Both the position numbers and the translations under genes were made by a program. The notes beneath the pieces are model-generated. The model saw nothing but the letters and a program-made list of their open reading frames with translations, did no database searches and was not told the DNA's origin. A stretch of 59,034 nucleotides of DNA, counting the filler. It is 3 parts of 3 records of this genome, joined end to end, with 100 filler letters (N's around TTAATTAATTAA, not from the genome) between each part and the next. Parts side by side here need not be neighbours in the genome. Positions count along the whole stretch, not along the records: positions 19,283 to 50,339 come from SRR20825019_92; 2 more parts are not named here. The stretch is one strand, 5' to 3'. This document shows, piece after piece, positions 19,511 to 34,500 of this stretch. Each line of letters starts with the position of its first letter. Position 1 is the first letter of the stretch.

Positions 19511-22500
19511 CTAAATCTGCCGTTTCGAGGAATTCTCCTTTCCAAGATCTTCACCTGCCCCCACTGCCTCCGCATAGTGCTCCAAGTACTTTTTTCCAGT
19601 TGTACCCCGATGCTGACCGGACCGCGACCCTTTGAGGCCAGATAGCTCCAGCAAGGACCGCGTGCCTCCAGTCACCAAGTCGCGGATGGATGTATGTCGT
19701 TCCCGCAAGCGCTTGGATTTTGACAGATCGCTCGGCACATGGGCATAGCTGGGTAAGAGTCAGCCATCCGGAAACACCGAGCGTATTTGTGAATGCATAC
19801 CTATTGAAGACAACTTTACCGCGGCCGCCCGGATACGAACTGAGGTTGAGTGAGGAATCCGCGCTCTTGGATGCCTTGCTGCTGCGCTTTTTCCTCTGGC
19901 CGGGCTTAAGGACAGAGTCCTCCTTCCCTGCCTTGTACACCCGCTCATCGTAGTTAGGTGACACAGATGTTGCCCAGCTCTGCTCGTGATCCTGCATTCA
20001 CATCGTCAGTTCAGAATGTTACATCTCACTTGCTCAAATACCTTGCGATAGAAGGTCTGGTTGTTTTTCTTGGATTTCGGAAGGATCGCGCCAGGTAGCT
20101 TGTAGAAGTTGGCTGGAGTAGAATCCTCATACCAGCGGTGACGGTGCTTTGGTTCCAGTAACAACCACTCCGTCTGAGACGTATTGGCACTGGTGACAAG
20201 ATCTCGGTGATCTTTGTAAGGGATCCGCCCGCCCTTGGGAGACGGAGGATTGGTGTCTATCAGCTCAATCCTGGCAGTATCGTTGCCTTGTAGACGCATC
20301 TGCCTGACAGGACTTAACTGGGCAAGCTGATGGTGAAACACATCGCGAATGTGGCTCTGCCATTCACCATGATCAAAGAACTCATCCCGCTCGTCATCAT
20401 GTTCACTGTGAGCTTCCGCGGATTCAGGTCGCGATGCGTCCTTTTCCGTGGTGTCCTGCTTCGAGATGGGTTGGACTTCACCCTCCTGCAGTTGTGAATG
20501 TGGCATAAGGGCGCCTTCGCCTTGATGGTCCGCACTAAGAGCGGGTTCACCTACGCCGTCATCTTGTTCGCGCAAGACCTCGTCAATGGTTTCTTCAACG
20601 TCACCATGGACCTTGCGAATGTAGTACTCCTCCATGTTAACGGGGAACCGCGGCCGTCTGACAAGCTCCGAGAGGCGGGGCTGAGCTGTGGCCGGGCGCT
20701 GGTATGGATTTTTCTTTGGACGGATGTGGACAGCCGGTGTGTGAAGATTGTTGATGGAGTCACTCGTGACAAATTTCCAATGGTCGGATGTGTCCATGTC
20801 TCTACCGCTCGCGTATCCGAACCCGCCCCTAAGCACTGGAATATGCGTCGCAGGGGCGCTCGGGTGCACCCCTCGCTTCCGCCTGGGGCTCGCAGTCCGG
20901 GGTCGGCGCGACCCAAATGCAGCAGACATATCAGAAGTATCCATATTACCCGAGGACCGCCGGGCCCGGCGCCCCTCGTCCCTCGCAACGCGTGCCTTAA
21001 TGGGGTCTAGGTGGGCAATGGCACTTTCGATTTTCTTCTGCTCCATTTTCAGCTCCATAGTCTCATCCAGATGCGGCGTTTCGTACGGCACTGCAAACAC
21101 CTGTATCGGATTAGCGTTGCCCCTATGTCATAGCAGATATCATTACCATTGATGAAGGGAGTTCTACTCGAGACCACAGTTTCACCCTCGTGTTGCAACG
21201 CAGCCATATGATATTGTTGATGAGCATCGTGGCGATTTTTTCTAACGATGGGAAGCGCTTCTTCCGAATCTTAGAGAAAACTGTGCTCCTCGATCCTACA
21301 AGGCGATATTAGACATGATATTTCGTCTCAATAACCTGCATACATACCTTCACTGTCCTCCCAGATGATCTCAAATGGTCCTAAAGGCATATTGGGAACC
21401 ATTTCTCCGGTAATGGGGTCCACAAGAAGTTTAGTTGTTACCTCAACTCCAGGAAAGTCTTCGTGAATACGAGCCTTCACCTCATCACGGTACCATTCGT
21501 ACTCCTTGCTATCGTGGCGAGTGTGCCAGTCGTGATGTTTTTCACAATCGTTGCATATGAAGAGAGTGACCTTAACTGGGAGGCATGGGTCCAGCATCTC
21601 GAAAATCAGAGATGAGCGGATAGTTCCTATTGCAAGATGTACCGGAGCACATCCGTATGAGTCGATGATGAAGACATCCCCGCCAGCCGCAATAATCTCC
21701 TTCACAATCTTTAGATCTTCTGGGTGGTGCGGCGGTGCCTAAATTCGATAATGAGGCGTCAGCTTCCGGAACCTAGCCATGCCATCGTACTTACCGCTGC
21801 ATAGTGCATTGCCGAGCGTCCAAGATGATCGACGGCATTGACCTCGACTTCCGCCTCTATAAGCTTGGTCACTAAAGTGTGATCACCTAGTCTTGCAGCT
21901 TCGTGAAGAGCAGTGCGCCCTTCGCAGTTCTTAACATTCACCAACTGAAACAAGGTATCGGTTCGCCTCGCATAGTCCAGTATCAAATCACCAAATATCT
22001 GTAGAGTAGTTTGGTGAGAAGCAGACATTCCGTTATATCACTCGCACTTACTCTGTCATATGAACAAAGAGTTAGGGTGTGAAGTGGAGTATTCCCGGAT
22101 GCATCCTGAAGCAGCAGGTCCACCCCATAGTCCACCAGTATTTTCACGCATTCTTGGTGCCCGTACTTAATCGCCAAGGACAAGCAAGTCTCCCCACCGG
22201 CTCCAATACTACGAAAATGGGTTAATATGACGGAGCATATAACCCGGGGGGGACGCACCTGTCGGCAATGTATCTGGCATCCTCTTCGCTGTGAGAGCTC
22301 AACATTGTCTGAAGAGCGCCGGCATTCCCGTACTGTGACGCATACAGCGAGTAGAGGCGGCCCTGCCTCACCTGAGTGGGGAATTCGGGGGTAATTGACC
22401 CTTGCTGCGTCAGCTTATTCACAAGCATGTCGAAGCAAAGTCCATCCTCAGTCTCGCAGGCCAGCCACAGGAGAGTGTGGTAATTTTCGTCACGAGTGTC

Positions 22501-25500
22501 GATGTCTTCGAAATGCAACAAACTGTCCAATAATCCCACGTGATTGCCCCTCACCGTATCGAACAAGAGATCGTTGATGTGAATATCAATGTGCTTTTCG
22601 CGGGCCTTAAGAAGGATCATATGAGCGCACTCCTGGCTTTTGCCGTGGTTCTTGATCGCGTACAGAAGAGCCGTCGTACCCTCGGCATCGACGTGGTTGA
22701 GATCAATATTCTTAAAGTTGAGAAGTAAGGATACAGTCTGCAGCTGTTCATTGATGACCGCCATGTGCAGAGGTGTGCGTCCTGATACAACGTTAAACAC
22801 CACACGTCACAGAATTGTCATAGCACGTACCGGTTACCGCATCAGATGTGTTCACATCGAGCAAGAGCTGGTTCTTTCGCGCATTCCTCAAAATAATCTC
22901 AACAACATCAGTGTTGTTTGTTGTTGCTGCGATTTCAAGAGCAGTGTGCGGTCGTGGCCGAGCATTATCCACACTGATTACGAGGTGTTAGTGGGCCATG
23001 GACAACCTCTCCACAAACCGCACCTGTTAAGATCATCACTAATACTCATGAGAAGTTCGATCACTTCTAGATCCTTGGACACGATGGCGTAATAGAGTGC
23101 AGTGAAACCCTTATTATCTTTGGCACCGTTGTCCATAACCTTTTTCGATTCCGGGCCAGTAAGCTTCGAGATCAGGAGGCTCACAACAACAGCTGGATTT
23201 GTCGACTACACAACGCACAATTGGGTCAAACAAACAATTTGCATGTATATCTCAATCCTGCCTACATCGGTCACTGCGACATGGAGAGGCGTCATGCCTT
23301 CATTGTCAACGACATTCGGATCGGTATCCTTGTGGTCAAGGATAAGCTCAATTGCATCAACATCACCAAGGCGCACTGCCGCGTGGAAGGGTGAAAACCC
23401 CTGGTTGTCGCGGCAATTTACAATGATGTCGCTAAAACCAAGCAAGAAGCGAAGAGCTGAAGAAACTTTTGTCAGAATGGGCACGCCTACCTAACATGGA
23501 AACACGTACCATCATGCAACTTCACTTCCACTGCGTGGTGAAGAAGTGAGCGGCCGTTCTTGTCCTTGACATTCACGTCAAGCATCAAGTGATTCTCGAG
23601 AGATTTCTGAAGAATCAGAGCAATGCACTGAGTCTTGGGCTGCTCACTGAGCATCGCCACCTGAAAACAAATTTGTCAATGAAAATTCAACCTGAGAATT
23701 CACATGACATACCTGAACAGCAGTCCTGTCTCGGCCAACACTGTTAAGGTTTATCCCTGGGATATCCAGAAGGAGTCGCACAATGCCCAAATTGTTCTGA
23801 TTAATGGCGTAGTAGAGGGCGGAATAATTGTCGCTGTCCAATACGTTGACATCAAACACTCGCTTCTTGGCAAGAGCTGCAGAATAGCGTTAGTATCATA
23901 CCACGGGAACATGTGCACAGTGATACCTTTGCTCAAAATAGTTTTCGCAATTTTGGACGAGCCAGGGTGATGCACAATGTTGACAATCGCGTTGATGATT
24001 GCGGTGCGATGGTTCTGGTCATCAGTGGCGGCCAAATTAATGGAAGCAAAATCGAGCAATATGCTGACTATGTCCGACTGTCGCCGCTCCACTGCAATAT
24101 GCAGTGGGGTCATCCCATGTTCATCCTTAGTGTTGATATCCATGCTCAAGCCAATCGACAGTGTCTTCTTTAGAATCATCAAGATGCACTTCGTCTCCGT
24201 AAATGGCTCCGAGCAAAAGTGCATGGCAACCTCTACAGCTGTGTGGGATCGGGAGTAGCCAGTGTGAACCCATTCACCTTCTTCGTCGATAGAAGCATCA
24301 TACTCGATAACTTCAGGTTCGGGCTCGTCGAGTTCCGCCATATTTTCAGACTTTTCGTTGTCTGTTTCGGCAGTCTGGGCATCTGCGGGGCTATTCAACG
24401 ACAGCATGGACTGACCACGAATGGACTTCTTCTTTGAAGCTTCCATCAGCTTTGCTTCTTCTTCCGCTGCTTTCTGAATTTTCTTCAATCGCGCCGCCTC
24501 GTCGGCCTTCATTTGTCTCAACTCTGCTCGGCGCTCTCTCCCAGCATCACCAATCTCACAACCAAGGCGAATTAGCTGGTTGATGGCATGAAGCTCCGCG
24601 TCAATAACTTCGCCATTATACTCTTCACACTCCATAGTGGCATCCCTTGCCGCAAGGTATTGCTCCTGAGCCTGGATCTGCATAGTGTTACGAACTGTTC
24701 TAAACTCACGTAAAGGCTGCAGGAAATCATTAGCCAGGTCACACTGGCACACTATCAGAAATTCGCCATACCTCCCCCCTTGCAGTATGGTTCAACTCAA
24801 GATCATCGAATGGATTCATCAAGATCATCTCAATGATATCAAGATGCATGAGCTTGATGGCGTAATAGAGCACCGTGTGTCCTTCCTGAATGTACACATA
24901 CATTAGGATACCTTCCTGCGGGTTCTGGGGAAGGTATTACGCACCTTATCCATAATATTCACAACAGATGGAGTCGCATTCTCCAGGAATTTCTTGTACA
25001 AAAAGGTGAAAGTTGAAGTCTCTGTGGGACAATCTAGCACAGCCATGTGTAGGGGAGTCCACTCGTGCTCAGTGTCGACGACAGTGGGGTCGATTCCTGC
25101 AAACGCAGGTCGGATACCTTCCGACGATACTCTGTTGGCACTTACCTTTAAAGTCCATCAATAAGTCAACGATGGAATGATTGGATTTCTTGACAGCATA
25201 GTGAAGGGCAGCATAGCCCTCGGTCGATAATGCATTTACGTCCAAATCCTTAAACCTGACCATCGCCCTTACCACCGACGTCAGTTCTTGGAGAACAGCG
25301 GTGTGAATAGATGCGAATCCATTTTCTGTAGTTGAAGCTGTCAAGGCCAAACCTCTGCGACGACAGGTCCACCTCTTACTGTCAAATCGGTTGATGTCCA
25401 GATTGATGTTCATCTCGTGCGCCTTTTGCAGGACGGCGACAGCGCATTCTACAAGAGCCCTTGGATACCCGCCGTCCTTGCGGAGTGCTGCCTCGGTCAG

Positions 25501-28500
25501 TTCGTCATCAGCTACGTCCCTCTTCGATGGCACCAGGGCACATTGCAGCGCGGTAACCCCCGGTGTAACATCGTTCAAGTCAACCTTGCAGATTGTTAGC
25601 AGCAAATACAACATCCAGACACCCCACTCAAAACCAACCTGGCGCCCAAACACCAAAAGCTGGCGCATCAAGTCGGGGTCCTCACGCTGAATGATGTAGT
25701 ACAGGGCAGTCTTGCCTTCCGAATCGGCAAGATTGGGATTAAATCTGGACAGAGCGTTAGTGTGCAAATGGTGATCGTCAGGGATGACTGACTTGATCTT
25801 GTGCTTCTCAACATAAGCCAACATCGACTTGAGAAGACTAGAAGACACAGTGGTCTCATGTTGGCACCCAAGTACCAGAGGAGACTGCTTAAACTGATGA
25901 CCAATGCAAATATTAGTAAGCGGACCAAATGGATTGTTCAGGTGTCTACCTCGGTATCCGTAATATCAAGATTGATTGCCGCAAAGCGCAGAAGGCAGGT
26001 GGTCACATCAGTTTGATTTCGGCGCACAGCATGGTGCAATGCCGTGTACCCATTCTCATCAACGGTATTCACATTGAGCTTAAGGTGCTGCTTGATGGTC
26101 TGTTTCAGCAATGTGCATAGCATGGCTGTCTTATGGGTCTGTCCTTCCTCTGTTCCATAATTCATAGTCGCAATCTGCATCGCGAAAGTTAGGTAACGTT
26201 GTGAAATCACAGTCCGTAGCCTAACCTCTAAAGCTGTGTAGACGCCTTTCCCATCAGGCTTAAGCTTGACATTATTGAGATCACAAGCCCGATAACCGAG
26301 AAACATTTCCACAAGCTCATGATCGTTACTCATCACCGCGTAGTGCAGAGGAGCACATCCATATGAATCTTTCACGTTGAAATCCAAGGGAACCCTCATC
26401 TAATGATGCAGTTAGAATGCTGCACCTCCTGAACATGCACTCACGCACCTTTTTCAATTTGAGCTTCCGCAAGATGAGAACCATCATTTGGAGGCTATTG
26501 GGGCAATTGGTCACCACCAGGTGAAGGCATGATCGCTTCACACCATTTGTCAAACCCTTCGCACATGTTCAAATCAGTTCCGATAATTTGGTAACACCTT
26601 CAAGGCTCATAAGCACTCACCAAGTCAACACGCTTCTGTGTCAGGATCTGGTCCACAGCATCTATGCTTCCCAGTTCAATGGCGTAGTGGAGGGCACAGT
26701 TACCCAACTCGTCTTTCAAGTTCAGATGAATGTCCTCAAATCGAAGCAGCCAAGCCAGGGCCGTGTGGAACTGCATGATAACAAACCAGTGGATTGCGGT
26801 TCTCTTATCAGCAAAGGTTCGGTTGATATCAAACTTCATTTGCATCTCAAAAAAGCACTGGATCATCGTTCCACATATTAGTGCCTTCTGGGGATTCGGA
26901 TCAAAGTCATCAATGCTGAAAGAAGGTTGAGTCCGTGCAGAACGACGACGCCTTGACTCTACGCTCACCTAATAGCCATTTGAACTGCAGTTTCCCCAGC
27001 AGTATTACAGTTATCAATCACCAAAGTTTTGCATTGAAGCAGCATCTTGATGAGATCCTGGTCTGATCTTTCCAATGCATAGGCAATATACGTCATATCC
27101 ATCTCATCCTAAGGCGTACAGGTTGGCCTTACAGATTCATTCGCGACCATTTCTATATCCTTCTCACCTTGATGTTCGGGTCAAATCGTGAAAGATGGTT
27201 ATTTTCTTGTGATACCACTGCTTGCATAATGGAATGTGACATGGGCTTGGGGGCGCCCTCCTTTGCAGGCTTGTTCGTCTTGGTTGGCACCAAGCAAATT
27301 GCCTCACGTATTGCGGTCTAGAACATTGCTCAGTTCCTTCCACTGGACATAGGTAACTCGATCACTTACTCTGTTCCTGTTGTCGGTGATGTTGAAGTCC
27401 AAATCCTTGAACTGCAACATCATATTGACGACTTCAACCTGCTCGCGCAACACAGCATAATGGAGAGGGGATTTTCCTTGGGCATCTACGGTGTTCAAAT
27501 TGAGTGGGTACCCGCGGTTCAAGGCCTTGTCGAGAATCATCATCACGGCTTCAATCTCTGATGGCCGACTGTACTCAGCCTGGGCGACCTGAAGCGCTGT
27601 TCTATTCGGGTTGCGACGATCGACTTGATTGAGATCGATAGACTTAATCTCGAGGAGCAGCCTAAAGGAAGAAAGCATTTGTTTCTGGAGGACCTTGAGC
27701 ACGAGGGTCTCTCCTTTTTCGTCTTTGAAGTTGACGTCCCAATCAATCTACCACAATCAACACCGTCACTATAATTTCTTGTTGTCGTAAACACGAGCGC
27801 ACCTGGTTCCGAATCAAACGCTCAATGATTACAGAAAAGAAATTCGTTCCCTTCCTGTGGTCTCTAGTAAGTGCCATGTCAAGGGCGCGGCGACTTTGAG
27901 CGCTGTCCATATCGATGTCTTGAGGTGCACATGTAAGAGATGGGACGATATGCATAACAAGATGTCTTACCTGGATTTTCGGCAATGAGCTGGACGACAT
28001 CCAGGAAATTCTTCTCCACAGCAAGGTACAAGGCTGAAGGCCGTTAGCTGACAGAGATGGGACAGAAAAGGGATGACTTACCCCCGTTCCCATCCATGTC
28101 AGTCACATTCACATCGATGCGCATATTGTTCTTCACCACGCGACGAAGAATAGTATCGCTACTCATCTTGGCCACAGCAGCAGTGGGGTGAAGCAATGCG
28201 GCGACGAGAACTGGATGAATGTATGAGTCCACAAAAGTAGGCGAACAACAGATTCTTACCAGATTGACCTGCCTTATTCGTCAGATCCAGATCAAGGTTA
28301 GGGAAATCAAGAAGGAGAACGGTGACATCGGTGAGATTCTTCTGAACACTGATGAATAGTGCTGATGATCCGGTATCTTCCTCTCTGTGGTAATAGTCAG
28401 AAATGGCCCTTCGTATCCACCATACCAGACTCACCTGGTATTGACATCGAATATAGACTCTTTGTCCATCTTGACCGCAGTCCGCAAAATGAGACGGGCC

Positions 28501-31500
28501 AATTCCGAAGGTTTAAAGTCACCCATGATAGCAGCCACGAGAATATTCCTGTTGGTCGGGTCGGTCTGTTCTCAGGCAAATCAATGCATGTTACCTAGAA
28601 CAACCACGGAACCACAGGTACCTGGTTCCACTCGAAGGATGGTGACTCGATAACCATCTTAATAATGTCGGATTGGCCGTTCTTGATGGCATGGAAGATA
28701 GCCGAGTACCCATCACAGTCCTTCAGATTCAAATTAATGGAAAGTTGATTCTTTTCAGCCTTTTCTAAAATTAGTCGGGCTGACTTGAGTCCGGAGTGGT
28801 CTGCCCTGCATATAGCCATCGACAAGCATGTCCGTTTCGAATTATTTTGAATGTTCAGATCCAAACCCTTCACATCAAGTAGCAGATCCAAGACCTATTC
28901 AATCCAGGATTAAAAGACTGTCCGGGCACATCATGAGAACTCATACCTGGTGGTGAGAGCGCTTGATGGCGTGGAATATGATGGTATCTCCATCGTCATT
29001 CTTTTGGTTGGGGTCGATGTCGCGTTCCTCAGCGATGACCTGTGGATGTATAAGCGTTGTTCGATAATGTTCGTCGAAGGCTGGCCACACACCTTTTTCA
29101 AGATGAGTTGGAGTACAAACTGATCGTCGGGCCGCTTGCTTGTAACAGCATGAAGAACATTGATTCCTGCGTTATTAATAGCGCTACACTTTGCACCTCG
29201 CTCTATAAGGTAGCTTATCATGGCCTAAAAATGGCTATGAGAACTATGGAGATAGACCTAGCACCTATGACCTACGTTGTTGCTCTTGCGAATTGCATGA
29301 TGGAGAGCACTACCGAACTCATCCATGTGGTCCAACTTCACTTCTAGATCGTTTTTCCGACAAGTCTCCACAAATAGCTTCATAGCTGCCGGATCATCCT
29401 TGGCTGTGGCAATAGCGTTAACCACCCAAGATTGTGTGCGTGTCGGCATGACATACCCGCAGCGAGAATCACACAGGTTTGCCCTTTTTCGTTGATAACA
29501 TTAGGATTGATCCCAGGGGATTCCAGCAGCGTATGAATGATGACATTTGTTTCTGAAAAGAGGCCAGTCAGCAAGCTTCTATCTCCAGTGCATGGCGTTT
29601 TACCAGGCGCGGAGAGGATGGCAAGGTGCAATGCGGCGCATGACCTCTCCTTTGTCTCGGGGTCTACCCGTCGCTCGTTGAGATGTATGCCCTCAAACTG
29701 AATGAGCAGGCGTATCACTTCTAACAAGTTGTAGCGCACGGCCATCTGCAAGACTGTGAAACCGTCTCGGAAAGGAGCGTTGACGGACAAATTGCCTTGA
29801 CTCTCCAAGCATCTTTCTAGTAGGGTGATCGCGCACTGGTGACCCCTAAACACAAGTATTAGTGGGCGGTTGCGATTGGCCGCGGTCATTCGTACTTTCT
29901 ATCAAACTTGTTGCCTTGCTTTTGGTTCACCGATGCCAGGATGCATTGCTGTAACAGTGTAACACTTTCTTCGTCTCGGCAATTCACGTCACACTTGAAG
30001 TCCAGCATTAAGTCAAGGATAGCCGCTGAGGTACGAGTTACTAAATCAAATGAAAAACAGAACGCTCATGCTACACATACCCGATCGCGCATCGACTACC
30101 GAATGCAATAGCGGCCGACCTTCGCTAGACTTGACATCTATGTCTAGAGATAACTTAAGGGCGATGGCCTGCTCCAACATGAAGATGGCAACCTTGGGAT
30201 CACGCTGCACATTGAGATAAGTATTCATCTGAGCGGAAACGCCTCCACTCTTCAGCCCTCACATGCGATACGGCCAGCTGAAGCGCGGTCTGTGCACCCT
30301 CGACCGACCTCCACACTGTTCTGAATTTCTTCTTCTTCTTGGATGTTGACCGCACTGTCTGAGACGGCACTTGCGAAGAAATAGCCTGAAAGCCACAGGG
30401 TGAGCATCATCAAAGCATAAACGCCTCCGTACGTACCGCCTGATCGCCCGCACTTCCCTCCTTCTCAGGAGGGGCAGTCGCTCCAGTCATCGAATTCGCC
30501 GCATCGCTGGCTTCAGCAGACGGGGCATCGTCTTTGACTTCACCTTCAGCCTTTGGCGCACCATTGTCCACCTCGGGCGTTTCCGCGGGTCTAGTCTCAT
30601 TGCTCTCGTTAATCTCCTCACTGACCTCGGGGGCCCCACCAACTTCTTCCGGTCCGGTCGTCAAAGTTTGCTCCCGAGAAGTCGCGACAGGTGCTTCCTC
30701 GATTCTACGAGAGGAAGTTTCGGACATATTTGATTCCTGCGGCAAACTCGAAGGTATCCCGTTGTCATCATCGGCATCGTTATTATCCTTGATGGTGACT
30801 TTCACGCGAGGGGCACGAATATTCAATTCAAGACCTGGGAACTGCATCATGGCTTGCATGACGTCCATTTGCATGTTCTCCACGGCTCTGAAAAAAGCAG
30901 GGAACCCATGTTCATCATGAACATTAATGTCCAAGGCCAAGTTGTTTTCGCGAGACTGATAGAACTATTACAACATGGAAACTCAATCCTTCCCGAGGTT
31001 CATACCTTGTTCACCAATGCCATTGCAACAAGAGGTTTCGTCTTGAACGCTTGAATGCTAAAAATAAGGGGGTGCATGTCGCCTTTGCTGGTCATTGAAC
31101 TGTTCACATCGATGACATCGTAATTCAGGAGAGCCGCAACAGTTTCATGTTGGTTGAACTCAAGAGCACGATGATATACATTCACCCCTTGTTCGTCCTA
31201 ATCAAAATAATAAGAACGGTGACAATTCGCAACTGACAAAGCACATACTTCAACAAGAACGTCCAGGTTAGTGTTGTAGGTGTGAGAATATTGTATCAAT
31301 GCAACCGCCGCCCGAGGATCTCTGTGATGCTTTCGGAGCGCGTAATGTATACACGCAGTCTTCGTTCCGGGCATCCGCTCGTTCACTTTGACCCCGGGAA
31401 TAGCGCAGATGTGTTGAACAGCGTCGCCCAGGTTGAGTTCGATCGCACGATGGAGAGGCATGAAACCTTCGAAGTCCTTCTTGTTGATGTCAAGGGCCTT

Positions 31501-34500
31501 GTTATAAGTCTTTGCGTTCTAGTCATAGTCAGAGTAATTTCAGCGACGTCTGAGACAACGCATTGGCATCAAATACCTCAAGAATAGCTACGGCCGAGCG
31601 CCGATCTTGTACTAGAGCAGCCTCCAAAGGAGTCCGCCCTTTCCCATCGGTCACAGCCAAGTCTGTCGTTGAGCACTGCACCAATAATCTCACTATCTCA
31701 TCCTGCTGTTTATCGATGGCTGTGTGAAGAACCTGGACGAAAAGAAGAAATGAGCCTCCGTCACATGTTTGGCCAGAAATGCAATACCGTCTGTTTCATA
31801 ATATCGGGCTTATCGGTGATGAGAGGGAGGTCGTGCTCTAGGGATTTCTGTAGAATCACATGGGCCATGTCAAGCCTGCCATTCGCGACGGCATCGTGGA
31901 GCGGGGTGCGAAACTGCGCGTTTTGATAGTTGAAATCGACAAGATCTGCGAGTCCGGTCAGAACCTACACATTTACATACGCCACACCATATACGTTTGC
32001 AATCCAAAAGGACTCGGACCATGTCACTATCGTGCGCGGCAACCGCGATTTGGAAGGGAGTCCGACCATCCTACACAAACAAGGAATGTCAAAATCGATA
32101 TGAATCTAGGCAACTTCTTGGAGCCATACCGAGTCCTTTCCGGTAACCTGGTCTTGGTGTAGCTGACCTTTCATGATACGCTTCACTATCACTTCCAATA
32201 CGCCCACATATCCACCCTGGATTGACACGTCAGAGCAGAATCTAGACGATATCTTGAGTACAATACCTTGACAGCCGCGAGTACAGGGCCGTCTCCATCC
32301 TCGTTAACCACATTAACATCTGAAATATACTCGAGCATTCGATCCAATGCCTCAGGATCATGGACAGAGTCGTTGATCACATCGAATATAACAGAGTTAG
32401 CCTGTTCTTCCATTTCTCCATCATTGAATTTCCCATCTTCATCACGATATTGACTGAATTCGTCCGCTACATCCCGTGTTATTGATGCAGTGGATGATGT
32501 ATCACTCATGTCGTCCGACATCATCTTCTCAACCTCCTGTAATATACGTTTACACAGAATCAAAGTTACGCAAGACACGCTCATCATACCATCGACAGAT
32601 CCATCATAGACCGCGAGACATTATCCTTCTTGAGGCTGCCTAAGCTTGCAGGAATAATATCCTTCACGTCGACAGGTTCCGCCTCGCTATTTCCAGACAA
32701 CTGCGAAGTGCGCGCATCTCGATCGGTTCGCACGTCAATGCAGTCTAAATGCCCCCCTGCTTGGTACAAAACATCCTGGCATTTCAGACATCTCAGTTTC
32801 AACGCCAGTCGAAACGGAGTAAGGCCTTCAAACGAGTCACCAGCTCCTGGAGCTGGAGCGCGACCCCAAACCGCAGTGGCAGGCCCGGCCTTCACAGTTA
32901 CATCGTTTGGGCGATACTTGCATAGCAGCCGGAGAAGTTCAAGAGAGTCCGGATGCTCGTTATCTTCCGAGCACAACCTCACCACAAAATGGAAACATGT
33001 GCCAACCATCTCGTCGACGCATATGGAAGCACCGCCAGCCAGCAAATACTTGACACACACAGCCTGTCTTGCTGTTGGACAGAAGCTTTAGGCATTTTCG
33101 AAGGTCCATTCAGTACACCTACCTGCCAATGCCAACATCAGCGGAGTATAGCTGTTCTTGTCGCGGCCATTGATCAACTTGTCATCGGTCTTCATCCCTT
33201 TTTCCTTAGCGTGGCTTCTCTTCAAAAAACTTCTCACCCAGAGTTTATGCCCGTTCCGTGCCGCGGCATGGAGCGGTGTTCGGCCAATTGCATCCGTCTG
33301 GTACAATAGGGCGACGCTGCCAGATGCCAAAAGCGTGTCGCCAGCAGCGTAGCTCCCAGCACGCACGGCATACAGCAGCGGTGAAACACCCTGGTGGTTA
33401 GTAAGCTTTGGACTGGCTTTGGCGGCAAGCAAAGTGCTGATGATTTCAACATGATAATCGTAAAGCATTCGAGCCCCAAGCCGGGTCAACATATTTGCTC
33501 TGTCCACTCCAGGCATTCTCAAATTGATATTTCCCTTGAAAATACTTAGGTGCGTTTAGATTCGGTAATTGTGATCACTTACAGGTTGGCAGAATGAGCA
33601 TTCTGTGCACCGACAGCATGACGGCGGCGACGATTTGTTGGAGCAGTCCGGGCACATACAGTCGCAGTATCCCTAGAGGGGCCTTAGTTTACGCAGAGCC
33701 GACACATGGATTATCATGTCACGCACCTGACCAGCAATCAGCATTACAGTGTCGCCGTTCTTATTAGTGGCATTGAGTTTCGGAACCAGGCCTGAGGAAA
33801 TCATCCGTACAACATTCTCGACTTGTGCGTGATATCCTCGCTGTGAGGCCAGGTGCAAAAGAGTGTTGCCGTCAGGTGTTCGGGCGTCAATGCGCTTCTC
33901 GCTTATGGCCATATTCACGAGATGCTAAAAGGGTTTGAATAACTCAGAAATATAAAAACGACGTCATAATATACGCACCGTTACACAATCTTCGTAATCG
34001 TGGGCAACGATAGGACTGAGCATCGCGCCTCGCTGTTGTATGATCACGAAGACATCTATGGGCACTCCTCGGCCGGGATTCGATTCATCGCAAATTATCG
34101 AAACATGGTTCTGTAAAGATGGCACCAGCTGTACATGTATTAGCAATGTCAGAAGTCCATCAATAATCACAACTGTACCTCATAGAGACACATGCTGATC
34201 GATTTGGTGGGACTATGGCCTGCTTTCACCACAACGCCGTCAACCTCTATATATTGCAAGTGGTAGGGAATCTTCTGTTCTTTTTTGATCATCACCATCA
34301 GTTCGCCCAGAGATGTCACGCTGGACACTGTCATTTTCATATGAATATTCCTCGGACGAGAGAGTACACTCATTACAGCTGGAGGATGTTCATGCATAGG
34401 TATTCCCTCAGCAGCAGCGCCAGAAATTCCTGTGTCCAGCATTTCCACGGGCTCTGAAGTAAGGGCTCTGACAACCTCGATGAGACCCCTTTCAGCAGCA

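Noticed and set aside
21328-21573. Selenocysteine in the Rdx-like domain
   Set aside because: The motif is TGC-AAC-GAT-TGT (CNDC), and the nearby TGA at 21328 lies inside a predicted intron.
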